From Pseudomonadota bacterium (GTDB lineage: Bacteria; Desulfobacterota; Desulfobacteria; Desulfobacterales; JBDRRP01): a DNA stretch of 20,000 bases. The position numbers and the translations under genes are program-made. The DNA lies in assembly GCA_043825735.1 (NCBI GenBank), contig JBDRRP010000022.1:49231-69230 (forward strand). Reading direction: 5' to 3'. The notes beneath the pieces were generated by a model. The model had not been told where the DNA came from. It saw only the letters and a program-made list of their open reading frames with translations, and ran no database searches. Shown in pieces: positions 8,851 through 18,223 of this stretch (its first letter is position 1; each line of letters opens with the position of its first letter).

Positions 8851-9717
8851 CTACGTAAAGCAGTCGATGGCAGCGGCGATGAGGCTGGCGGGTTTGATCG
8901 GCTTTTTGACGTAGTTGCGGATCCCCAGTGACGCGGCCTCCATGATTTCGCTTTTCTTGGCCGAGGATGTCAGCACGATGATGGGGCTTGCCGCAGAGGC
9001 TTTGCGGATCGCTGCGATGGCATTCAGGCCGCTCATCTGCGGCATCACGAGGTCCATTATGGTGAGGTCCGGTTTTTCCCTGAGAAAGACCGCCACGGCC
9101 TCGTTGCCGTCGGCGGCTTCCACCACCACGCACCCATGGCTCACAAATTCTTTGGCCAGCACCATTCGGATGACCCTCGAGTCGTCGGCAACAAGCACTT
9201 TTTTTCCCATCAATTGCGTGGCCACCGATTCCTGAAACGTGGCAAACAGGGAGATGGCCTCACCAGCTGCGGTTAATGTGATGATGTGGTTTTCAATGGC
9301 GGTATCTGATGGCTTGGCGTTAGGTACAGCCGCCAGGGGTTTCGCCGGGCTGAGGGTCAGATGCGCCTCAGTCAGAGCCCACGCTGCGGCCGTCTTTTCC
9401 ATTACTTCAGCAATGTATTCCTGTACAACCATTGCCGCACCGTTGTCGAATTTCTTAAAGAAGGCCAGCCCGTGGCCACGGGCAATCAGAGAGGCCAGAC
9501 GCAAGGCTTTGCGACGGTCGTGCAACCCCAGCGCGAACAGGCCGTAGAGCGGTTTGCCCTTTAGGATAAAGGGCGCCACCATCCCGGCGACATACAGGCC
9601 CATGTCGGTTTGGCGGGTGGCTTTGACCACATAGCTCTCGGTGCGCAGGTGCGCCATGTTCTCGAACACGCTGACGCACAGCGCCTCAAGCACCAGCAGA
9701 TGTTTTTCGTAGTGCAT
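8851..9717 (-). CDS. Response regulator: CheX/CheC-like N-terminal region plus C-terminal receiver domain
   Basis: Receiver: VLVADDS, TIMDLVMP, VLTSS, YVKKP. N-terminal SVFENMA and helix/strand pattern resemble CheX (weaker evidence). Confidence 0.75.
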   Translation of the reverse strand: MHYEKHLLVLEALCVSVFENMAHLRTESYVVKATRQTDMGLYVAGMVAPFILKGKPLYGLFALGLHDRRKALRLASLIARGHGLAFFKKFDNGAAMVVQEYIAEVMEKTAAAWALTEAHLTLSPAKPLAAVPNAKPSDTAIENHIITLTAAGEAISLFATFQESVATQLMGKKVLVADDSRVIRMVLAKEFVSHGCVVVEAADGNEAVAVFLREKPDLTIMDLVMPQMSGLNAIAAIRKASAASPIIVLTSSAKKSEIMEAASLGIRNYVKKPIKPASLIAAAIDCFT

Positions 9718-9947
9718 GCCAATGATCCTCTTGCGACATGTTGAATGTAGATTGTATCGGTAAAAGTCACGGTTACTTTAACGGGAGTCCATCTGCTGAT
9801 GGGTTATCGTCGCCCCCTCAAATACAGGTGCGTCGGAGCCTTCGGGGATACCTGCAGCCGTTTTGGCCAAAAACGATGAAATTTTCACTGAAAAAGGCCT
9901 GAAATGAAAAAAGACAAAAATAATTGACCAAGAAGCGCGGAAATGAA

Positions 9948-9977
9948 TTGACAATCCTTTTCAGTGCTTAATATAGT
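9948..9977 (+). promoter_or_regulatory. Putative sigma70 promoter of the TetR gene
   Basis: TTGACA (9948-9953), 18 nt spacer, TATAGT (9972-9977), with an AT-rich upstream tract. Confidence 0.6.
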
Positions 9978-9980
9978 AGG

Positions 9981-9998
9981 AAACTACGTACGTAGTTT
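9981..9998. promoter_or_regulatory. Perfect 18-bp palindrome, probable TetR auto-operator
   Basis: AAACTACGTACGTAGTTT directly downstream of the -10 element. Confidence 0.7.
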
Positions 9999-10036
9999 AT
10001 CAACCACTCAGCCAGCACCATCCGGGAGGCCATATT

Positions 10037-10609
10037 ATGGGCAAGAAAATTCAGATTATCGAGGCAGCCACACGACTGTTCGCGACACAAGGGTTCGATG
10101 CCACGACGACTAAGGAAATCGTGCATACCGCCGGGGCCACCGAACCGCTCCTGTTTTATCACTTCAAGGGCAAGGAGGCCCTGTTTACCGAAATCCTGGA
10201 CGATGTATTCGACCGGTTGAACAAGCGCTTCGATGCACTGCCCCAGCGGACCGACACTCCCTTTGAAAAAATCGAGAACCTGATGGGGGTTATGTTGGAT
10301 TTTGTGACAGAGTGCCCTAATGAAACCAAACTGGTGCTGGCGTCCTGCCCGGCGCGGTTGAAGGAAAACGCAGAGGCCTGTCGCAGGCGCTACGTTGAAT
10401 TCCGCGGCAAACTTGAGGACTATATCGGCAAATGCCTCAAGGCCGGCATTCGCAGCAAGGACTTCAGGAAGGTATCCGTCCCGCAGACGGTTAATATCCT
10501 CATTGCCTTGATCAACGGTCTGCTTCGGCAGCAGACCGGCGGCCTTTCCAGCGATCAGGATATACGCGCCGCGGCAGTTGCTTTCTGCCGTGCAGCCCTG
10601 ATTTCCTGA
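10037..10609 (+). CDS. TetR/AcrR family transcriptional regulator
   Basis: IIEAATRLFATQGFDATTTKEIVHTAGATEPLLFYHFKGKEALF helix-turn-helix; GGAGG RBS. Confidence 0.95.
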   Translation: MGKKIQIIEAATRLFATQGFDATTTKEIVHTAGATEPLLFYHFKGKEALFTEILDDVFDRLNKRFDALPQRTDTPFEKIENLMGVMLDFVTECPNETKLVLASCPARLKENAEACRRRYVEFRGKLEDYIGKCLKAGIRSKDFRKVSVPQTVNILIALINGLLRQQTGGLSSDQDIRAAAVAFCRAALIS

Positions 10610-10995
10610 CAGCCCCTTTAGCGGCGGCGGCGACCTGCACTGGCTGCCGATCAGCGCTGTGATGCCAAGCCCCCCGCGGCGCGCGCCCGGGGGGACTGGC
10701 GCCTGAAGGTTTGGAATTAATTACGACTTGCCCGCGCACCTGGCGGTGGGAATTTCTGTGCGCGGGCCACCGCCCTCCTTGCATCCAGTGCCTTTAGCGG
10801 TTACAGTATATGACTTCAAAACCATCCGCTCGGCAGTGGGCGGCGTCATTTTCGATGCCCGTGCGGTGCGATGCCGCACAGACCTGACCGGGCTCTGTTT
10901 GCGGGCAGACCGGCGTCGGTACCGATTTATCAACGGGGAGGCGTCTTTCTCCCACAAAAACCCTGATCGGCTTCAGCGCATTGAGCGGAGAAACC

Positions 10996-11856
10996 ATGCC
11001 GGACAACGCCCCGGATATCGATTTCATCAGCATCGAAGACCTGATCACTCAGGATCAGAAAGCCGCTGAACCGGAACCGTCAGGGGCCCGACGGCCATTG
11101 CAGATGCCCCTGCCCCAGGTGTCACACTCGCCAGCGCCTGCTGCCTCGAAACCAAGGAAACAGCTATCCGCCCGCCCGGCGAATCTGAATGTCGCGGTGC
11201 CGTCGAAGTCCGCCGCAAAGCGCCGGCAGACCATCGTCGGGCGACGGCGCAAGCGCGGTGCAAACGAAGCCGTCCTGGCCGCGTCCATGGGCGTATTTTT
11301 GATCGTGATGGCCGTCGGGGTTTACTTGTATTTTGCCCCGTCTTTGCCGGCACCAGCACCGGTGCCGGTTTTTCAGGGGCCGCGTGTGTTCAAGATTCCG
11401 CCCTTGCCCGTGCCGGCGGCCGCCCCGGTATCACCGCAGACCGATGACATCGCCGCGGCCCCGTCTCAAGCGCACGAACCCATTGCTGCCGCACCACCGC
11501 TCATCGATCTTGAGCGGGAGGTGAGCGATTTTCTTTCGAGCTGGCGCCTTGCGTGGGAAAAAACCGCCGGCTTGGAAGGAGCCTTGGGACCTTATCTTGA
11601 CTGCTACGCAGCCACCTTTACCCATGAGGGAATGGACAAGGCCGCCTGGGCGACTGACAAGGGGCGCAAAAACCGTCGCAAGGACTGGATTCGGGTCCGT
11701 TTATCGGATATCCGAGTGGCTACGCCGATGGCGGGGGAACCGGTGCGTGTGACCTTTTTTCAGGATTATGCGTCATCCAACTACAGTGAAGCCGCTGAAA
11801 AGACGCTTCTGTTGAAAAAATCGGGTTCATCCTGGCAGATTATCGGCATCCAGTAG
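10996..11856 (+). CDS. Membrane-anchored protein with Pro/Ala-rich linker and C-terminal NTF2-like (Csd6 C-terminal-like) domain
   Basis: Basic stretch RRRKR, a TM helix, Pro-rich linker, then FLSSWRLAWE...YLDCYAATF...VTFFQDYASSNYSEAAEKTLLLKK...WQII. Start ATG 10996 after GGAG. Confidence 0.7.
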   Translation: MPDNAPDIDFISIEDLITQDQKAAEPEPSGARRPLQMPLPQVSHSPAPAASKPRKQLSARPANLNVAVPSKSAAKRRQTIVGRRRKRGANEAVLAASMGVFLIVMAVGVYLYFAPSLPAPAPVPVFQGPRVFKIPPLPVPAAAPVSPQTDDIAAAPSQAHEPIAAAPPLIDLEREVSDFLSSWRLAWEKTAGLEGALGPYLDCYAATFTHEGMDKAAWATDKGRKNRRKDWIRVRLSDIRVATPMAGEPVRVTFFQDYASSNYSEAAEKTLLLKKSGSSWQIIGIQ

Positions 11857-12015
11857 AATTTTTTTCACCGGATTCGGGTTTTCTGATAAATCCGAAGTTC
11901 TCGGTCTGGTACTTAACATTTACAAGTGCCCTTCCAGAAATGGTAGATCTTGGTTCAGAGCAAGGCCTGAGCATTTTCGTTACCGCAGGATGAGCACTAA
12001 CAAGGAGTTCGATCC

Positions 12016-13695
12016 ATGAGCAACGATCCCAACAAAATCATCTATACGATGATGCGGGTAAGCAAGTTTTACGATAAAAAGCCGGTCCTTCAGGACATTT
12101 CCCTGTCATATTTTTACGGCGCCAAGATCGGTGTGCTGGGGCTCAATGGCGCGGGGAAGAGCTCGTTGCTGAAAATCATGGCCGGCGTGGACCGGGAGTT
12201 CAACGGTGAGGTGCACCTGTCAGAGGGGCATACCGTCGGATATCTGGAGCAGGAACCCCTGGTGAATGTAAAGAAAACCGTGCGCGAAGTGGTGGAGGAA
12301 GGGGTTCAGGAGACCGTTGATCTGCTAAAGGAGTTCGAGGAGATCAACATGAAATTTGCCGAGCCGATGAGCGATGACGAGATGGACAAGCTCCTTCAGC
12401 GGCAGGGCGAAGTCCAGGAAAAACTCGACCACCAGGACGCCTGGGATCTCGATGCCCGGCTGGAAATGGCGATGGGGGCGTTGGGCTGCCCGCGGGGCGA
12501 TACCCCGGTCAACATCATTTCGGGCGGCGAACGTCGCCGGGTGGCGCTCTGTCGCCTGCTGCTCAAAAAGCCGGATATCCTGCTGCTCGACGAGCCCACC
12601 AACCACCTGGACGCTGTGAGCGTGGCCTGGTTGGAGCACCACCTTAAGCAATATGCCGGCACCGTCATCGCTGTGACGCATGACCGCTACTTTCTCGACA
12701 ACGTGGCCGGATGGATCCTGGAACTGGACCGGGGGCGCGGCATTCCCTGGAAGGGGAACTACACTTCCTGGCTTGAGCAGAAGCAGGAGCGTCTGCGGCG
12801 GGAGGAAAAAAGTGAAAGCGCCCGCCAGAAGACCCTTGAGCGCGAACTGGAGTGGATCCGCATGTCGCCCAAGGGCCGTCACACCAAGAGTCAGGCCCGC
12901 ATCAGCGCCTACGAAAACCTTTTGTCACAGGATGCCCAGAACCGGGAAAAGGATCTGGAGCTGTTTATTCCGCCGGGACCGCGGCTGGGGGGTGCAGTCA
13001 TTGCCGCCGAGGGGGTGTCCAAGGCATTTGGCGAGAAACTTTTGGTGGAAAAAATGACCTTTTCGCTGCCCCCCGGCGGCATCGTCGGCGTCATCGGCCC
13101 CAACGGCGCGGGCAAGACGACGCTTTTCAGGATGATTACCGGTCAGGAAACCCCCGACAGCGGCGCATTCCGCATCGGTGAGACGGTCAAATTAGCCTAT
13201 GTGGACCAGGACCGGGCCTTGGATCCGGAAAAAACCATCTGGGAGGAGATCTCCGGCGGCAATGACCAGATCATGCTGGGTGATCGACTGGTCAATTCAA
13301 GAGCCTTTGTGGCGCGGTTCAATTTTTCAGGCTCCGATCAGCAGAAGAAAGTCGGGATGATTTCCGGCGGGCAGCGCAACCGGGTGCACCTGGCCAAGAT
13401 GCTCCGGGAGGGTGCCAATGTGATGCTGCTCGACGAGCCCACTAACGACCTGGACGTCAACACCCTCAGGGCACTTGAAGAGGCCCTGGAAAACTTCGGC
13501 GGCTGCGCCGTTGTCATCAGCCATGATCGGTGGTTTCTCGACCGCATCGCCACCCATATTCTGGCCTTTGAAGGCGACAGCCAGGTCACCTTTTTCCACG
13601 GCAACTGGAGTGCGTACGAGGCCGATCGGAAGGCGCGACTGGGCGAGGACGCCGCCGTTCCAAAGCGCATCAAATACCGGCAGCTGACCCGATAG
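12016..13695 (+). CDS. ettA: Energy-dependent translational throttle protein EttA (ABC-F)
   Basis: Two ABC cassettes ([45 protein letters not shown]), [12 protein letters not shown] linker, C-terminal RIKYRQLTR. Confidence 0.97.
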   Translation: MSNDPNKIIYTMMRVSKFYDKKPVLQDISLSYFYGAKIGVLGLNGAGKSSLLKIMAGVDREFNGEVHLSEGHTVGYLEQEPLVNVKKTVREVVEEGVQETVDLLKEFEEINMKFAEPMSDDEMDKLLQRQGEVQEKLDHQDAWDLDARLEMAMGALGCPRGDTPVNIISGGERRRVALCRLLLKKPDILLLDEPTNHLDAVSVAWLEHHLKQYAGTVIAVTHDRYFLDNVAGWILELDRGRGIPWKGNYTSWLEQKQERLRREEKSESARQKTLERELEWIRMSPKGRHTKSQARISAYENLLSQDAQNREKDLELFIPPGPRLGGAVIAAEGVSKAFGEKLLVEKMTFSLPPGGIVGVIGPNGAGKTTLFRMITGQETPDSGAFRIGETVKLAYVDQDRALDPEKTIWEEISGGNDQIMLGDRLVNSRAFVARFNFSGSDQQKKVGMISGGQRNRVHLAKMLREGANVMLLDEPTNDLDVNTLRALEEALENFGGCAVVISHDRWFLDRIATHILAFEGDSQVTFFHGNWSAYEADRKARLGEDAAVPKRIKYRQLTR

Positions 13696-13940
13696 AAAGC
13701 GCTTCCTGAAAAATCGGTGCCCGATTTTTATATATAAGTCCGCTTTACAGGGGGCGAATCCCGACTTAGCCTTTACATGCCTTCCGACCCTCGCCGTCCG
13801 GAACCCGGGGGTTGGCGGGGGCGGTTGTCATAAGCGGTTATCTACGATGCTCCAGCGACGAAGTGAACCTCAGCGTTCCAGAATCAAGTGACCGATCCAC
13901 CCTGTTGCTATGAGATAAAGCGGGTTGTCGGCGGCAAACC

Positions 13941-14107
13941 ATCGAAATCGGGATCGAAATCGCTATCGAAATCGAAACGCCATCGGGGGCGCTGGCAGGC
14001 TCACCGTGGCATCAGGAGGTCTCTCGACAGGCCTCCTGAAATGACACTGCGAACCGGTTGACGGCTTGACGCTATAAAACGATTCCGATCCCGATAGCGA
14101 TTTCGAT
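13941..14107. repeat. Palindromic ATCGNN hexamer-array element with internal hairpin
   Basis: Left arm ATCGAA-ATCGGG-ATCGAA-ATCGCT-ATCGAA-ATCGAA (13941-13976). Right arm CGATTCCGATCCCGATAGCGATTTCGAT (14080-14107). Internal stem TCAGGAGGTCT/AGGCCTCCTGA (14012-14039). Confidence 0.85.
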
Positions 14108-14222
14108 GAAATCAACCAGCAGTGAAAAGACTGGCGCATTCTGTATAAGCGTGAAGACTTTTTTGAGATAGGTTCTATTTGAAAAGCGATCTTGGTAACC
14201 CCGAACTCGGAAGATTTGTGCC

Positions 14223-15395
14223 ATGAATGTCGTATATCTATCTCCGCATTTTCCGGCGCATTACCACCGTTTTTGTTTGAATCTCAAGCAGGCCGGGGCC
14301 AATGTCCTGGGCATCGGTGACGCGGCCTATGAGGCGCTGGCCGGTGAGGTGCGCGGGGCGTTGACCGAGTACTACCGCGTTTCGGACATGCACGACACCG
14401 ATGGGCTGGTGCGGGCCTGCGGCTATTTCACCCACCGCTACGGCAAGCTTGACCGGTTTGAATCCCTCAATGAGTATTGGCTGGGCACCGAGGCCCGTAT
14501 TCGGGATGATTTCAACCTGTACGGTGTCCGCGGCGACACCATCGACCGCATTCGTAGAAAATCCAGGATGAAGGAGACCTTTCGCGAGGCCGGGGTGCCG
14601 GTGGCTGCCGGGGCCGTGGCAGACTCCCCGGAGGAAGCCCGCCGGCTGATCCGCACTACCGGCTATCCGGTGGTGGCAAAGCCTGATGCCGGGGTGGGCG
14701 CCCTGGACACTTACCGGTTGGAAAGTGACAGTGACCTGGTGACGTTCTTTCGGCACAAGCCGCCGGTGGACTACATTCTGGAGGCATTCATCAACGGTCC
14801 CATCTATTCCTTCGATGGGCTGGCCGACAGAAATGGCGGGCTGTTGTTTTATACCGCCCACACTTACAGTCAGGGCATCATGGAGACCGTCAACCAGGCG
14901 CGGCACATCTATTACCATTCGCTGAGGGAGATCCCGCCGGCGCTGGAAGCGGCGGGGCGTCGCTGCGTGGCGGCCTTCAACGTGCGCGAGCGGTTTTTCC
15001 ACATCGAGTTTTTCAAAACCGGCCCGGAAATCTTCACGGCTCTGGAGGTGAACATGCGTCCGCCCGGTGGCTATACCACGGACATGTTCAACTACGCCTG
15101 CGACATCGATGTCTACCGCCTGTGGGCCGAGCTTCTGGTCGGCGGCATCACCACCTTTGACTTCAAACGCCGATACCATTGCTGTTACGCGAGCCGGAAA
15201 AACCGTTACACCTACCGGCATACCCACGAGGCGATCATGGCGCGCTACGGCGAGGCCATCGTCCAGGTGGCCAGCGTTCCCGGCGTTTTTGCCAGTGCGC
15301 TGGGCGATGTGGGCTACATCTTCCGAACCGAAGCGGTGGAGACCGTCCATGAGATCGCCCGCTTTATCCATGATAACGACAGCAAAGAGGCGTAA
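14223..15395 (+). CDS. ATP-grasp domain protein (carboxylate-amine ligase-like)
   Basis: KSRMK, YPVVAKPDAGVGA, ILEAFI, FFHIEFF, ALEVNMRPPGG. Confidence 0.88.
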   Translation: MNVVYLSPHFPAHYHRFCLNLKQAGANVLGIGDAAYEALAGEVRGALTEYYRVSDMHDTDGLVRACGYFTHRYGKLDRFESLNEYWLGTEARIRDDFNLYGVRGDTIDRIRRKSRMKETFREAGVPVAAGAVADSPEEARRLIRTTGYPVVAKPDAGVGALDTYRLESDSDLVTFFRHKPPVDYILEAFINGPIYSFDGLADRNGGLLFYTAHTYSQGIMETVNQARHIYYHSLREIPPALEAAGRRCVAAFNVRERFFHIEFFKTGPEIFTALEVNMRPPGGYTTDMFNYACDIDVYRLWAELLVGGITTFDFKRRYHCCYASRKNRYTYRHTHEAIMARYGEAIVQVASVPGVFASALGDVGYIFRTEAVETVHEIARFIHDNDSKEA

Positions 15396-15398
15396 CGC

Positions 15399-16148
15399 AT
15401 GCACGTCGAGGAACATCACTGGTACAGCCCCCACCTGGCCCGCGAGATGGCGCTGAAGGTTTATGGGCACTGGGGCGCACCGCTCATCGTCTTTCCCTGC
15501 TCGCGGGGGCGCTATTTCGACTATGAGGGAATGGGCATGATTGCGGCCATCGAGGGCTTCATCGACGGCGGGGCCGTCAAACTCTACTGCGTGGACAGTG
15601 TGGACGCCGAGAGCTGGTACGATTTCGGTATATCCCCCGAAATGCGAAATGCCCGCCATGATGCTTACGATCACTACATCGTCAGGGAAGTCGTTCCGTT
15701 TATCCGTGACCACTGCCGCCAGCCGGACGTGCGGGCGGTGACCAACGGCTGCAGCATGGGGGCCTACCATGCCGTCAACTTTTACTTCCGTCACCCGGAG
15801 CTGTTTTCCGGTTGCATCGCGCTGAGCGGGCTTTACCGGCTCGACCGGCCCGAGTTCGGGATGAGCGCTGCCGACATCCCCGCCGTTTACTTCAATTCGC
15901 CGGTGCACTACCTGGCCGGCATGGAAGATCCCCGGTACCGGGACGCGTATCGGCACAGCCGGATCGTCGTCTGTGCGGGTCAAGGGGCCTGGGAAGAGGC
16001 TGCCGTGGAGGACACCCGGGCCCTGGAGGGCATCTTCCAAGTCAAGGACATCCCCGCCTGGGTCGACTTCTGGGGTCACGACGTCAATCACGACTGGCCC
16101 TGGTGGTATCGGCAGATGAACTATTTTCTGGGGCACTTATACGGGTAG
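15399..16148 (+). CDS. Alpha/beta-hydrolase, putative esterase
   Basis: VYGHWG, GCSMG nucleophile elbow, GQGAWE, DVNHDWPWW catalytic His. Confidence 0.88.
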   Translation: MHVEEHHWYSPHLAREMALKVYGHWGAPLIVFPCSRGRYFDYEGMGMIAAIEGFIDGGAVKLYCVDSVDAESWYDFGISPEMRNARHDAYDHYIVREVVPFIRDHCRQPDVRAVTNGCSMGAYHAVNFYFRHPELFSGCIALSGLYRLDRPEFGMSAADIPAVYFNSPVHYLAGMEDPRYRDAYRHSRIVVCAGQGAWEEAAVEDTRALEGIFQVKDIPAWVDFWGHDVNHDWPWWYRQMNYFLGHLYG

Positions 16149-16216
16149 AAGGCCAATGGGGTGAACCCCGAACCGTGAACACGGAAAGTGGCCCTTAGGG
16201 CCAAAAAGGAGCCGCC

Positions 16217-17239
16217 ATGATGGAAACAACGACTGTTGGCAGTCTGCCAAAACCCGATTACCTGGCCGAGCCCCAGAAACTCTGGCCGGTCTGGCGCGTG
16301 GCAGGGGAGGAATTGACGCGCGCCAAGGAACGCGCCGTGGTCGATTGGCTCAAGCATCAGGAGGCCGCCGGGCTCGACATCCTCACCAACGGCGAGCAGT
16401 TCAGGGTGCATTTCGTTCATGGGTTTCTGGAGGGGCTCTCCGGGATCGATTGGGAGAAGAAAACACAGATGGGCATCCGGGACAACCGCTACACTGTCGA
16501 GGTGCCCACGGTCACCGGTCCGGTTAGTCGCCCGGGGCCGGTGCACCTGGACGAAGTGCGCTTTACCCGGGCGCTGACGCGCAGAAAGTTCAAGTTCACC
16601 CTGCCGGGACCCATGACCATCTGCGACACCATCGCCAATGAACATTATGCCAGCCGTGCGGACATGGCCATGGCCTTTGCCGAAGTGCTCAACGCCGAGG
16701 CGCGCGCGCTGGTCGATGCCGGCGTGGACGTGATCCAGTTCGACGAGCCGGCCTTCAACGTGTTCATGAAGGACGTGAAGGACTGGGGCATTGCCGCACT
16801 GCACCGGGCCATCGAAGGGCTCTCGTGCACCACTGCCGTGCACATCTGCTACGGCTACGGGATTGCCGAGAACCTGCGCTGGAAGGAAACGCTGGGTAGC
16901 GAGTGGCGCCAGTACGAAGAGATCTTCCCGGCCCTCAACGCCAGTCGCATCGACCAGGTGTCAGTGGAGTGCGCCGGTTCCAAAGTGCCCGCATCGCTCA
17001 TGGGGTTGCTCAAGGACAAAGGGGTGATGGTGGGCGTGGTGGCCGTTACCGGGCATCGGGTAGAAACGGCGGCGGAGGTGGCCGACACCATCCGTCAGGC
17101 CATGGCGTTTGTGGCCCCGGAGCGGTTCTACCCGTGCACGAACTGCGGCATGGCGCCGATCCCTTACAAAATCGCCGAGGGAAAGATCCAAAGCCTGGTG
17201 GCCGGAGCGGAGATAGTGCGAAAAGAACTCTTAAAATAG
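16217..17239 (+). CDS. Core (single-barrel) cobalamin-independent methionine synthase-like protein, MesD-like
   Basis: TVGSLPKP, LPGPMT, IQFDEPAFNV, Zn ligands HIC/E/NCG; 340 aa with no folate-binding N-terminal barrel; AAGGAG RBS. Confidence 0.85.
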   Translation: MMETTTVGSLPKPDYLAEPQKLWPVWRVAGEELTRAKERAVVDWLKHQEAAGLDILTNGEQFRVHFVHGFLEGLSGIDWEKKTQMGIRDNRYTVEVPTVTGPVSRPGPVHLDEVRFTRALTRRKFKFTLPGPMTICDTIANEHYASRADMAMAFAEVLNAEARALVDAGVDVIQFDEPAFNVFMKDVKDWGIAALHRAIEGLSCTTAVHICYGYGIAENLRWKETLGSEWRQYEEIFPALNASRIDQVSVECAGSKVPASLMGLLKDKGVMVGVVAVTGHRVETAAEVADTIRQAMAFVAPERFYPCTNCGMAPIPYKIAEGKIQSLVAGAEIVRKELLK

Positions 17240-17246
17240 ATCGGGC

Positions 17247-17822
17247 CTATTTCAAAGGCCGGAAAATGAACCGCTGGCCGCCGATGGAGGCCTCGTACAT
17301 GAGACCGCCGATGGCGTGAACGAAGACGATCATGCCGTCATTGTAGCCTGTCTTGACCTGAACCCCCTCGGAGGGGGTGTAGCTGGCACCGGCGCTGTTG
17401 CCCGTCGTGCCCGTTTGTGCCTGGGCGCTGAGGGTGACGGCCACTGCCGAGGCGGAGGCATTGAATTCGAAGGCGCCGCCGGTGAAATCATCGTAGGCGC
17501 GCTTGTTCTCGAAAAATATGATTTCGGCAAATGCCTGGCCGCCGACCTGAAATCCCACGCTGACCTTGGCCAGTTTGGCCGTTCCGGTGAGTGAATTATT
17601 TTGGTAGACCTGCCCGTCGCCGTATGACCCTCCGACGACAATACCGCCCTTGCCCACGAGCGGGAACACCGCGTATCCATAGGCATTTTCAAAAAACGGT
17701 TGCACCTGGGGTGATCGTTTGAACACGGCGATGGTGTCCTCGTATTTATCGGCAACTGCGGGGACGGTCCAGGCCGCGAGGATCATCGCGGCCAATAGCA
17801 TCGTGATTCGGCAGTGCTTCAT
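17247..17822 (-). CDS. Exported Ysc84/SYLF lipid-binding domain protein
   Basis: Signal peptide ending VPAVA; AYGYAVFPLVGKGGIVVGGSYGDG, VSVGFQVGGQ, GGLMYEASIGGQRFIF. Confidence 0.88.
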   Translation of the reverse strand: MKHCRITMLLAAMILAAWTVPAVADKYEDTIAVFKRSPQVQPFFENAYGYAVFPLVGKGGIVVGGSYGDGQVYQNNSLTGTAKLAKVSVGFQVGGQAFAEIIFFENKRAYDDFTGGAFEFNASASAVAVTLSAQAQTGTTGNSAGASYTPSEGVQVKTGYNDGMIVFVHAIGGLMYEASIGGQRFIFRPLK

Positions 17823-18223
17823 TGTATCGGCTCCTCGAAAGTGGCGGAAGGGTTTGCCCGGTAGTCATCTGGCCGGACAATATACACCCATTTTCTGATT
17901 ATTGAAAACGCTCCGTTGCATGACGACGCGCTAGCGTCATCGGGTCCGCGCGTACGGCAGACAGCCCCCGCCTGTGCAGGCGCAATGCAGCGGCGGTGCG
18001 AAGTAGCGGAAAGATGGGTTTTAAGGTGAGTGGGATGCTCTCCGCCGGAGGCCGGAGCGCTGGAGCCGGCCATGACCCTGGATATACTCGAGCGAATCGG
18101 GGCTTCGGCCAGCAGCCGCAGGCCATGCGGTGAATGGGTCCGGATGTCTGCGCCCCTTGCTATCCTCACCCGTTGACGGTTATCATGGCGCGGTAATCCA
18201 CTGAATTTTAAGTCAGGTGACCT

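Noticed and set aside
10610..10995. Short ORFs or ncRNA in the TetR downstream gap
   Set aside because: No motif, convincing RBS or recognisable RNA family; only a weak GC hairpin near 10670-10694.
14238..16136. 632-aa minus-strand ORF and other long antisense ORFs (e.g. 7654-8754, 3079-4029)
   Set aside because: Shadow frames opposite well-supported genes in GC-rich DNA, with no recognisable motifs.
17823..18223. 116-aa and 75-aa ORFs or ncRNA between the divergent SYLF and patatin genes
   Set aside because: No recognisable protein or RNA signature; most simply a divergent promoter region.
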